From NCBI GenBank assembly GCA_021399395.1, contig JAAFKJ010000006.1:1-15399 (forward strand): a DNA stretch of 15,399 nucleotides, read 5' to 3'. The position numbers and the translations under genes are program-made. The first letter of the stretch is position 1. Every line of letters starts with the position of its first letter. The notes under the pieces are model-generated. The model did not search any database and was not told where the DNA came from. It worked only from the letters and a program-made list of their open reading frames with translations. Origin of the DNA: Candidatus Heimdallarchaeota archaeon (GTDB lineage: Archaea > Asgardarchaeota > Heimdallarchaeia > Heimdallarchaeales > Heimdallarchaeaceae). Positions 7,016 through 15,213 of this stretch are shown piece by piece.

Positions 7016-9964
7016 TTAAGTAGGAGGAGTTCTTCTGAATCTCGACCTAAGTACTGGAATTAGAATTATTGAAAAAATGATTGCAGCAGTAATCCAGATA
7101 GCAACTGATTCTATTATTGGCAAAGCATCCCAGAGTGGAACATTGTTGAAGATCCTCATTCTGCCATCAGTTGGTGTATGACCTGCTAACTTAAGTGGAA
7201 GGAACAGGAAGTGTTCGCCATATTCTGTAAAAGTATATGTTAACTCATACTTGTTAGTAGTTGGGTTAAAAACTAGTTCTACGGGTTCGATGATATGTCC
7301 TGGTCTTAGTAATGTCGCATTTAGTGTAGCACCACCAGTTGTATAGATTGTATCATTATTGAGAGTTATTTGGACCTCCATATCGATTTGTTGTCTTATC
7401 AAAATTTCTTCTGGATTGCTCTCAAAACTTAAAGAAGGTCTATGGGTGCTAATTAACCACTCAAAGGTTTCATTGACCAGTAGAAGATTGCTTTCATCCA
7501 AGCTGAATACATCAATGTAACTAGAATCCAATCCAACTCTACTTGGACTAATTTCAAGTGAATCCGGTAACAAACCATGATCAGTGAAAGGATAACCTGA
7601 ACCAAAAACCATAATTCTGCCATTGTTTACTTCTTTAGCTACAGCAACATCAAAGACATATTGACTATCTCCTATTGTAACTTCAGGTAGCTGAGCTAAA
7701 ATTATATTATTTGGGTTTTCGTCTGTAAAGTGAAGCATTTTACCCCACCACATGAAGGATTCAACTGAAAGCATTGTGGCTTCTGCTGTTGTAGTTACTT
7801 CATAAGGAACATTGATTGGAACTGTGTCCCATACTGTTAAATCAAAATTTGCTAAGAGTTCATCACACGTGTAATAATTACTGAAAATTATTGGAGAAGA
7901 TTCTATTGCTTCCGCATCGATAAACCTTATACTGTCAACTAAGAAGAGAAGCGATCCTCCATCACTGACAAAATTGTAGATGTCAGTAATTTCTTGCGTA
8001 GTAAAATTAAGCTCTGGATCAGATATAACTAGAATATTTACATCTGTGAAATTATAATCACCACTCACATGTGTTCTGACTCTAAAACCTCTATCTTTTA
8101 GAATTCTTGTTAGGTGCATGTGAGTCCCATAGGGAGTAGATGCATCAAACCACTTGTTGGCGGTATCATTTTCATGTGACATATCAAATAGCACTGTCCC
8201 ACCCAAATATCTTGTAATGATATTAAACACAAACGCACCAGCTTGAGGAGAGCCTGGCCATCTACTTGAACCAGAAAGTGCGAAAAATCCTTGAACATAT
8301 CTCATTTCAGTGTCAGCTGGTATCGTTACTGTAAAGTTGAAGTGGTTCCAACCTTCATATACATCTATCTGATTGGCAATTTGGATATATTCCTCTGGAT
8401 TATTGATGCCTGCTAAAGTTAAATCTGTAGGCAAAGAACCAGTAAAAGACGAAATAAGTTTGACGTGGAAAGTTGATGATTCTCCTGCAACACATTCATA
8501 ATAAATCTCGTTTATTGGATCCATGTATCTTGGTACAATGGCACTCATATCGTAGAGATAATCATCAGTAAGGTTAGTATATGCAGCATACGGATTGACC
8601 ATACCATTTCCTTGATAGACCATGGGAACAGGCAGAACGTTTGCTGTTCCAAGTAAAGCTGCTTCATATTTGTGAATATTGATACCTGGATATGCTCCTA
8701 CTAAAAGAGCTAGAATGCCACTAACAATTGGTGCAGATACTGAAGTTCCTGAAACCCATCTGGATCCACCATCTTCGGCATCACTACCTTGAATTGCAAC
8801 TCCAGGTGCAAGTATGTCTATAGCTGATGAGAAATTCTGGTTCAAACCTTTGGATGTAAAAATAGCTAGTTCTTCCAATCCATCTGAAGCACCAACTGAA
8901 ATAACGTGGTCCCAAATTGCTGGCGCGCCTACTGAACCACCTGAAGGCCCATAATTTCCTGCTGAGGCGACAACTAGAATATCATTCCTAGCTGCTTCAT
9001 ATACGAGCTCTTCGATTGGGTCACCTGTTTCAGCAAATGTAACTGAAGTAAGACTAGCTGAAATTATCTCAGGAGCTTGATCAATAGCTTCATCAAATCC
9101 AATGATTAACCATTCATCTTTTCCATACCCTGTCTGATTGAGAACCTTGATATTTATTAATTGAGCATCGGGAGCAATACCATAATCATCAGTTTCTACT
9201 ATATTTCCTTTATCATCTCTATATTTGCCATTACCTGCTAGGATTGTTGCTATATGGGTGCCATGCCCGCTAAAATCAGCCTGATCCTCTAAACCTGGTA
9301 CTGGAGTAATGTCAAGTACGACTTTGTCTTCATCATAATTAAGCAAGCCATCCAATGCTGGAACTTTAGAAGTATTCAAACCGCTATCCAAAATTGCTAT
9401 TGTTACACCATAACCAGTTTGATTGAGGGCATGAACTGCATCAACCTCTAAGGCTTCTCTGAGCTCAGCAAGATTAACTAAACCTGGAAATTCCATGTCA
9501 ACATTCATTGGAACAGTATAAGCATATGTACCAATAGGATATGTATACTTTATCTCGTAATCGTTGAAACTAATTTGCTTGAGGAAACTATCCTCATAAC
9601 TAATAACAATAGCAGGAATTGTTTTGAATATTCGTTCTATTTCAATACCATATTTCATTATTTCATTTGCGAAGAGATCTCTCTCTTCAGTGGTGAAAAA
9701 CGAAATCATTGCTCTATTGTTATAATCGATTAGATTTGATAGAACTACATGAGTTCTTAATGGATTTGACCATCTTCCATCATGTAGAATATTTTGAGCT
9801 TTGACTATAGTATAGGGTTGTGATTTTTGCTCTTTAGTAGATCTATGAAAATAACTATTTTGTGATACAACTGAATCAGTATTATTTGCTACTAGAATGT
9901 TTATCATTGGAATTGGAAGAGCAATAAGTACAAGAAGCACTAAAACAAGTGGCTTGCTTTTCAT
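7016..9964 (-). CDS. Membrane-anchored S8 subtilase with Site-1 protease (MBTPS1/SKI-1)-like architecture
   Basis: Signal peptide and prodomain; triad D193 (ILDSG), H234 (HGTHIA), S408 (SGTSVSAP) and oxyanion N337 (AGNYGP); then a beta-rich domain, a GIFT/DUF4350-like domain (VLFDMSH...VISDPELNFTTQEI...FVSDGGSLL...GRIMVFG), a further beta-rich domain, a C-terminal TM helix and a basic tail RSRFRR. Confidence 0.92.
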   Translation of the reverse strand: MKSKPLVLVLLVLIALPIPMINILVANNTDSVVSQNSYFHRSTKEQKSQPYTIVKAQNILHDGRWSNPLRTHVVLSNLIDYNNRAMISFFTTEERDLFANEIMKYGIEIERIFKTIPAIVISYEDSFLKQISFNDYEIKYTYPIGTYAYTVPMNVDMEFPGLVNLAELREALEVDAVHALNQTGYGVTIAILDSGLNTSKVPALDGLLNYDEDKVVLDITPVPGLEDQADFSGHGTHIATILAGNGKYRDDKGNIVETDDYGIAPDAQLINIKVLNQTGYGKDEWLIIGFDEAIDQAPEIISASLTSVTFAETGDPIEELVYEAARNDILVVASAGNYGPSGGSVGAPAIWDHVISVGASDGLEELAIFTSKGLNQNFSSAIDILAPGVAIQGSDAEDGGSRWVSGTSVSAPIVSGILALLVGAYPGINIHKYEAALLGTANVLPVPMVYQGNGMVNPYAAYTNLTDDYLYDMSAIVPRYMDPINEIYYECVAGESSTFHVKLISSFTGSLPTDLTLAGINNPEEYIQIANQIDVYEGWNHFNFTVTIPADTEMRYVQGFFALSGSSRWPGSPQAGAFVFNIITRYLGGTVLFDMSHENDTANKWFDASTPYGTHMHLTRILKDRGFRVRTHVSGDYNFTDVNILVISDPELNFTTQEITDIYNFVSDGGSLLFLVDSIRFIDAEAIESSPIIFSNYYTCDELLANFDLTVWDTVPINVPYEVTTTAEATMLSVESFMWWGKMLHFTDENPNNIILAQLPEVTIGDSQYVFDVAVAKEVNNGRIMVFGSGYPFTDHGLLPDSLEISPSRVGLDSSYIDVFSLDESNLLLVNETFEWLISTHRPSLSFESNPEEILIRQQIDMEVQITLNNDTIYTTGGATLNATLLRPGHIIEPVELVFNPTTNKYELTYTFTEYGEHFLFLPLKLAGHTPTDGRMRIFNNVPLWDALPIIESVAIWITAAIIFSIILIPVLRSRFRRTPPT

Positions 9965-10080
9965 AAGTATAGAATGAATTTGTGACTTTTAGATTTTTCC
10001 CTAGTATTAATGAAATTGGAGTTATTTTTGTCGGAATAGTCACATCTACTTATTCTAACTCTTCTAAATACTTTGAAATG

Positions 10081-10093
10081 GAAACGCTTATAT
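10081..10093 (+). promoter_or_regulatory. BRE/TATA for rps8e-srp19-gar1
   Basis: GAAACG-CTTATAT about 35 nt upstream of ATG 10129; GGTGA SD at 10118-10122. Confidence 0.55.
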
Positions 10094-10128
10094 TCAAACA
10101 AATGGGATGGCTTCCAAGGTGAAATGCT

Positions 10129-10524
10129 ATGCCTTATCAATGGTTAAAAAGGTCTCGTAGAAAACTATCAGGTGGTCTCATCCGACGCTCATCTTCAAAG
10201 AAGAAAAGAGATATGGGTAGATATCCAGCTGAAACCCAAATTGGTCCAAGAAAATTAAAGCACATAAGAACAAGAGGTGGAAATACTAAACACCGTGTTC
10301 TAACAGCTGAGAATGCAATCGTTTTAGACCAATCTACAGGTATCAGTCAAAAAGTCAAAATACTTAACGTTCTAGAAAACCGTGCAAACAGAGAATATGC
10401 CCGACGAAGAATTATAACCAAAGGTTGTGTTGTTGATACATCTCTAGGTAAGGCACGTGTTACCAGCAGACCTGGACAACATGGCGTTATCAACTGTATT
10501 TTGATTGAAAAGAAAGAAGACTAA
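10129..10524 (+). CDS. rps8e: 30S ribosomal protein S8e (eS8)
   Basis: SRRKLSGG, KKKRDMGRYP, IRTRGGNTK, ILNVLENRAN.EYARRRIITKG, GKARVTSRPGQHGVINCIL. Confidence 0.97.
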   Translation: MPYQWLKRSRRKLSGGLIRRSSSKKKRDMGRYPAETQIGPRKLKHIRTRGGNTKHRVLTAENAIVLDQSTGISQKVKILNVLENRANREYARRRIITKGCVVDTSLGKARVTSRPGQHGVINCILIEKKED

Positions 10525-10566
10525 TTCTTCCAAATCTTTAAAAATTAATTTAACAAGGGCTATATT

Positions 10567-10914
10567 ATGTTACGCAAAAAGCGTTACTTTGTTCTTTATC
10601 CTGAGTATTTTGATAAGAAACTCTCAAAGAATGAAGGAAGAAGAGTTCCAAAAAATAAAGCTGTAGATAATTGTAATTTGTCAAAGATAGTTTTTGCTTG
10701 CAAACATCTTGAATTGGAATATGAAATTGAGAAGGATAAGAAATATTCAAAAAATTGGTGGGGAAGTGAGGGAAGAATTATAGTTAATCCTGAAGGAATA
10801 GAAAGTAAAACCGAACTAATTCGAAGAATAGCAAATATCTCTAGAAAACTAAAGAAAGTTGAGAAACCTTCTGTTACCAAGAAAGGTAAATCTGCTGCTA
10901 AACCAAAGAAATAG
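10567..10914 (+). CDS. srp19: Signal recognition particle protein SRP19
   Basis: VLYPEYFDKKLSKNEGRRVPKNKAV...KKYSKNWW...GRIIV...SKTELIRRIA, and position directly after rps8e. Confidence 0.95.
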   Translation: MLRKKRYFVLYPEYFDKKLSKNEGRRVPKNKAVDNCNLSKIVFACKHLELEYEIEKDKKYSKNWWGSEGRIIVNPEGIESKTELIRRIANISRKLKKVEKPSVTKKGKSAAKPKK

Positions 10915-10936
10915 TTTTGTCATTGAGGGAATATTA

Positions 10937-11260
10937 ATGGAACGAGATAAAATTAAAAAATTAGGCAATATACAATTCTTCTCAGACTTAGGCCTAGCTG
11001 TTATAAAAGATCCCCCAAAATTACCTCGTATAAGATCTAATGTTGTCAATGAAAAAATGGAACATGTAGGTAGTGTGCATGATATTTTTGGTCCTGTTAA
11101 AACTCCTTATGTTAGTATCAAAGTAAAACAACAATACAAAGAAATATTGACAACAGATACTGTGCTTTATGCTGTTGAAAAACAACGTAGAGATGTAAGG
11201 CAACAAAAAAAGAAGTATTCGCAAAAGAAGTATTCATCTTCAAAAAAACGAAACAGTTGA
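10937..11260 (+). CDS. gar1: H/ACA RNP subunit Gar1; start revised to ATG 10937
   Basis: KKLGNI...VVNEKMEHVGSVHDIFGPVKTPYVSIK is the Gar1/Naf1 core. ATG 10937 has a GAGGGA SD and avoids the srp19 overlap implied by the track start at 10859. Confidence 0.92.
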   Translation: MERDKIKKLGNIQFFSDLGLAVIKDPPKLPRIRSNVVNEKMEHVGSVHDIFGPVKTPYVSIKVKQQYKEILTTDTVLYAVEKQRRDVRQQKKKYSQKKYSSSKKRNS

Positions 11261-11463
11261 ATATTGCAAAACTGCTTTTTATGTCGCTATTTGAGTCTCA
11301 ATTTGACAAGCATTTTTCCTCTGAATTTTGTCCTAAAAATTCGAGCAGTATTAACACTTAAATATGCTAGAGCAGATAGTATATGTTAGACGATTAGGTT
11401 GTTGTTTGTGAACTAATGTGATTAGTGGTGAGAATCAAAAACAATCTGCTGGTGAGTGATGAT

Positions 11464-11919
11464 ATGATTCCGATACAAAGGATAAAAACCGAGAAAAATT
11501 ATAGCACTGCTTTAGGTGACGAAATTATAGAGCTTATTGATAGAACTGCAACTAAACAATTGCTATATCGAGAAGTTTTAGATTTACTAGGAAATCATGA
11601 ATCCATCATTCTCAAAATTGATGAATTACTTTACACTAACAAAATTCTCAAAATACCCATAGAAATGGGGAATGTGAAAGATTATGTACTCATCATTCCA
11701 AAGACCGAAGAAACAGGATGGTTGACAATGATATGCCCCTGTTTTACTTGTGATAGAATAGATGAATGCGCAGTAAATAATCCAGTTAATCCAGTTTCAT
11801 GTCGTTTGTACAATGAATGGTTAATTGAAGAAGATGATTCAAATAAAATCCAACCTTTCAGATTTGTTGAATTCGATATTTTAGATGAGGACGATAGAAT
11901 TCAAGTTCCTCTAAAATAG
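11464..11919 (+). CDS. tfeB: TFE-beta / RNA polymerase III Rpc34 (RPC39)-like protein, wHTH + 4Fe-4S; alternative start GTG 11425
   Basis: PCFTCDRIDECAVNNPVNPVSCRLYNEWL matches the Rpc34/TFE-beta FeS motif PCxxCx5Cx10CxxxxxWL, with a helical wHTH-like N-terminus. ATG 11464 has GGTGA (11451-11455) 8 nt upstream. Confidence 0.85.
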   Translation: MIPIQRIKTEKNYSTALGDEIIELIDRTATKQLLYREVLDLLGNHESIILKIDELLYTNKILKIPIEMGNVKDYVLIIPKTEETGWLTMICPCFTCDRIDECAVNNPVNPVSCRLYNEWLIEEDDSNKIQPFRFVEFDILDEDDRIQVPLK

Positions 11920-11991
11920 ACATTTACATTTTTATCTTGTGTCAATATTTTTATCTAATAGTTATTTTCACTTATTTTCAAATAACTTAAC

Positions 11992-12588
11992 GTGAACAAT
12001 TTGAGTGACGATTTTTATTATAAAAAGGCTAAGTATGTAGGTTATCGATCTCGAGCTTCATTTAAGTTATTGGAACTGAATGATAAATTCAGATTTTTTA
12101 CAAAGGGTCAATTTGTTGTTGACCTTGGAGCTGCTCCTGGGGGCTGGGCTCAGATTGCAGCAAAGAAAATAGGAAAAGAAGGTAAAGTATTAGCGATTGA
12201 TAAAGCATACATGGAACCCTTCAAAGAGAATAATGTTATAGTTCTACATCAAGATATTTTCAATAAACAGTTAGGAACCATGATAAACAAGACATATGGT
12301 TCTGTCGATGGTTTAATTTCTGATTGCGCACCTAATATCTCTGGGCAGTATGGTAGAGATCACTCTATTCAGACTATGCTAGCTGAGAGAGCTCTTGAAT
12401 TAGCACAAGAAGTCCTAAAGGATGCAGGGTATTTTGTCTGCAAACTCTTCCAAGGGAGTGAAACACAAGAGCTTATTAGAGAGACTAAGCAGATATTTGG
12501 ATTGGTCAAATTATTCAAACCGAAAGCTTCTCGAAAAAAGAGTTCTGAAATCTATCTCTATGGTTACAATTATCAGAGCAAAGAATGA
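11992..12588 (+). CDS. rlmE: 23S rRNA Um2552 methyltransferase RlmE/FtsJ
   Basis: DFYYKKAK..GYRSRASFKL, VVDLGAAPGGWAQ, SDCAPNISG, FVCKLFQG, KPKASRKKSSEIY (K-D-K-E tetrad). Confidence 0.96.
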   Translation: MNNLSDDFYYKKAKYVGYRSRASFKLLELNDKFRFFTKGQFVVDLGAAPGGWAQIAAKKIGKEGKVLAIDKAYMEPFKENNVIVLHQDIFNKQLGTMINKTYGSVDGLISDCAPNISGQYGRDHSIQTMLAERALELAQEVLKDAGYFVCKLFQGSETQELIRETKQIFGLVKLFKPKASRKKSSEIYLYGYNYQSKE

Positions 12589-12607
12589 AAAACACCAATA
12601 GTGAAAC

Positions 12608-13786
12608 ATGATGACGAATAACGATTTATGGAAAGAAGTTGAAGAAGGAAAAACTAAATTCATAACATTGAATGACGCTGAACGAATTTATGATTCTTCT
12701 GTTTTCTATAATCCTAGAATGGTTATCAATAGAGATTTCACATTACTTATGTTAGAAACCATTGGATCACTGGAAAATAGACCACTGGTATATGTTGACC
12801 CACTTGCTGGGACGGGAATTCGCAGTTTCAGAATTTTAGAAGAATTATCTCCAGAGTTAATTGAGTGTATAGTCATAAGCGATAAGAATCCGAAAGCTGT
12901 GGAAATTATAGAGAAAAATGCTGCAAATCTTAATAGAAAAGATAAAATTAGAATCCAAAGATCTGATGCTTTTGCACTGATGTCTCAGCTAATGCAAGAG
13001 CAGATTTATCCTGATGTTATAGATATAGATCCCTTTGGTTCTCCTGCTAATTTTATTGAAACCTCTCTAAGAGCTCTTCGAAAAAACCAAGGTTATTTGT
13101 TTGCAACAGCTACTGATTTACAAGTTCTATGCGGACGTTATCCTGAAGCGTGTTATAGAATTTATAACGCACATCCAACACGACACCATTTGTGTCATGA
13201 AGTTGCATTAAGAATATTGCTTTACAATGTCTTGGTTAGTGCTGGAAGGCTGGGATTGGCAATTCAACCCCTGATAAGCATAAATCATGAACACTTTCTA
13301 AGGATTAAACTAAAGGTATTAGAAAGTAAGGATACAGCAAATATTCAACACATCGAACAAGGATTTGTTCATTTCTGCCCAAGATGTTCGTACTATCTGG
13401 TAACCAAAATAAAAGAAACATTTGAATCAAATCAGTGTCCAAAATGCGAAACAGATATGGAAACAGCTGGTCCCTTATGGTTGGGTCCACTTTATGATAA
13501 AGAATATATCTCTATTATGCAAGAAAAACTCGAAGAATTAGAATTACCCTCCCAAAAGCAAATAGAGAAAATTCTCAATCTAATTTTGGAAGAAGAAGAA
13601 TCTCCTCTCTTCTATTTTCTACCATATGTGCTCAGACAAATCAACAAAAAAGGAGTAACACGACAGCAAGCTATAGATGGACTTAGAGATGCGGGATTTA
13701 AGGCATCTAGAACAATATTTGACCCAGAAGGCTTAAAGACAGATGCTACTTATTCAGATTTAGTAGAGATCATTAACAAATTTTAG
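12608..13786 (+). CDS. trm1: tRNA (guanine26-N2)-dimethyltransferase Trm1
   Basis: VFYNPRMVINRD, DPLAGTGIRSFR, DVIDIDPFGSP, TATD, HEVALRIL, CPRC...CPKC zinc finger, GPLWLGPL, GFKASRT, KTDA. Confidence 0.96.
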   Translation: MMTNNDLWKEVEEGKTKFITLNDAERIYDSSVFYNPRMVINRDFTLLMLETIGSLENRPLVYVDPLAGTGIRSFRILEELSPELIECIVISDKNPKAVEIIEKNAANLNRKDKIRIQRSDAFALMSQLMQEQIYPDVIDIDPFGSPANFIETSLRALRKNQGYLFATATDLQVLCGRYPEACYRIYNAHPTRHHLCHEVALRILLYNVLVSAGRLGLAIQPLISINHEHFLRIKLKVLESKDTANIQHIEQGFVHFCPRCSYYLVTKIKETFESNQCPKCETDMETAGPLWLGPLYDKEYISIMQEKLEELELPSQKQIEKILNLILEEEESPLFYFLPYVLRQINKKGVTRQQAIDGLRDAGFKASRTIFDPEGLKTDATYSDLVEIINKF

Positions 13787-13796
13787 TGGAAAGAAG

Positions 13797-14486
13797 GTGG
13801 AACAGATTTCTAAGAATAATACTCTAGTAGCGGGGATAGATGAAGCGGGACGTGGACCAGTAATAGGACCAATGGTACTTTGTGCATATGCAATAGAAAA
13901 GAACAAGGAAAAAGAATTAACCCAAATGGGGGTTAAAGATTCTAAGCTTTTATCTCCGAAAAGAAGAGAATCATTATATCCTAAGATAGAAAAATTAAGC
14001 GCACAGATAACAGTAAAACACCTTTCAGCTGCGGAGATAGATGAGATGAGAAAGAGATTCACTCTCAATGTAATAGAACAGAAACTTATGATTAAGCTCA
14101 TAAAAGATATGAAAACAACTCCAAGTGAAATATACATAGATGCAGCAGATGTTAATGCAGAAAGATATGGTGAAGCATTCAAGAGAGCCTTCCCTAAATC
14201 TAAAATAGTATCAAAACATCAGGCGGATAAATTTTATCCAGTAGTTTCTGCAGCTTCTGTAATTGCAAAAGTACAAAGAGATCAAGTTATAGAAAAACTA
14301 GCTAAAAAAATAGGGGAAGATATAGGTTCAGGGTATCCTGCAGATCCCAAAACAAAGAAATTTCTAAGAACATATTATGCAAAAAATAAGAAATTCCCAC
14401 CTTTCGTAAGAGAATCATGGGACACTGCAAAAAAATTAAAAAAAGAATTTTCACATAATAAAATATCCGATTTTATGGGGAAATAA
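13797..14486 (+). CDS. rnhB: Ribonuclease HII
   Basis: GIDEAGRGPVIGPMV, GVKDSK, YIDAAD, HQAD..YPVVSAASVIAKV.RD, GSGYPADP, RESW, and a C-terminal PIP-box-like NKISDFM. Confidence 0.97.
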   Translation: MEQISKNNTLVAGIDEAGRGPVIGPMVLCAYAIEKNKEKELTQMGVKDSKLLSPKRRESLYPKIEKLSAQITVKHLSAAEIDEMRKRFTLNVIEQKLMIKLIKDMKTTPSEIYIDAADVNAERYGEAFKRAFPKSKIVSKHQADKFYPVVSAASVIAKVQRDQVIEKLAKKIGEDIGSGYPADPKTKKFLRTYYAKNKKFPPFVRESWDTAKKLKKEFSHNKISDFMGK

Positions 14487-14490
14487 CAAC

Positions 14491-15123
14491 TTATTTAGCT
14501 TCAAGATTTCTTCTTTTCTTGAAGATTACAGGAAATAGAAAACCTGTTACCAGTCCTATGGCATGAGCAAGTACATTAGTATTAACTCCAGCTGTTATTG
14601 CAAGGAAAATAACTCCAATTCCAACATATATCCAAGGTTTCTTGTCTTTTTCTTCTTGATAGACGATTGTAATGTCAGCCCCTAATAAACCGAACACTCC
14701 TCCACTTGCACCAGCTGAAATGGTTGCAGCTCCAAAAGTAAGTGAAAGTAATCCCCCCATTAATCCTGAAATTATGAATACTGCATAATATTGCCAAGAT
14801 AATAGATAATCCTCTGCCTTTAAACCAAAGATAAGTAGAAATAAGCAATTTGAGAGAATGTGTAACCAATCAAAGTGGACAAATATAGAACTGAACAATT
14901 GATATACATGTCCTTGATATACTAATTGATTGTATTGTCCAACTTGTTTTAGAAGATCTTCAGATATATAGTAAAAAACATCGAAAGTTATGACTGAAGC
15001 TTGAACGAGTGTTATTATCCATAGTGTGATGTGCACAACTAGAATGATTATCAAAATATTTCTGGTAGGGAGGTTAGATTTCCAGAAGGAATCAAATGAA
15101 TATGTTTCAGTTTCTTCAGTCAC
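14491..15123 (-). CDS. Rhomboid family intramembrane serine protease
   Basis: Several hydrophobic segments; FVHFDWLHILSN, catalytic GASGG (Ser) and AHAIG (His). Convergent with rnhB across a 4-nt gap. Confidence 0.93.
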   Translation of the reverse strand: MTEETETYSFDSFWKSNLPTRNILIIILVVHITLWIITLVQASVITFDVFYYISEDLLKQVGQYNQLVYQGHVYQLFSSIFVHFDWLHILSNCLFLLIFGLKAEDYLLSWQYYAVFIISGLMGGLLSLTFGAATISAGASGGVFGLLGADITIVYQEEKDKKPWIYVGIGVIFLAITAGVNTNVLAHAIGLVTGFLFPVIFKKRRNLEAK

Positions 15124-15213
15124 AGATTTAGTTCTGTTAATGGAATTAAAATCTTATCGTTTTCAAGAATATTCGTTTTGACAATCTTTTTATTAAAAAA
15201 ATCAAGGCTCTCC

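Noticed and set aside
4836-8298. Short ORFs 4836-5018, 6481-6687 and 8110-8298
   Set aside because: They overlap well-supported genes in antisense or alternate frames and have no motifs.
10565-11224. Minus-strand ORFs 10565-10750, 10596-10880, 10849-11049 and 11021-11224
   Set aside because: Antisense shadows of srp19 and gar1.
11456-11462. Perfect C box GTGATGA just before the tfeB ATG
   Set aside because: No properly spaced CTGA D or D' boxes; better explained as part of the SD/start region.
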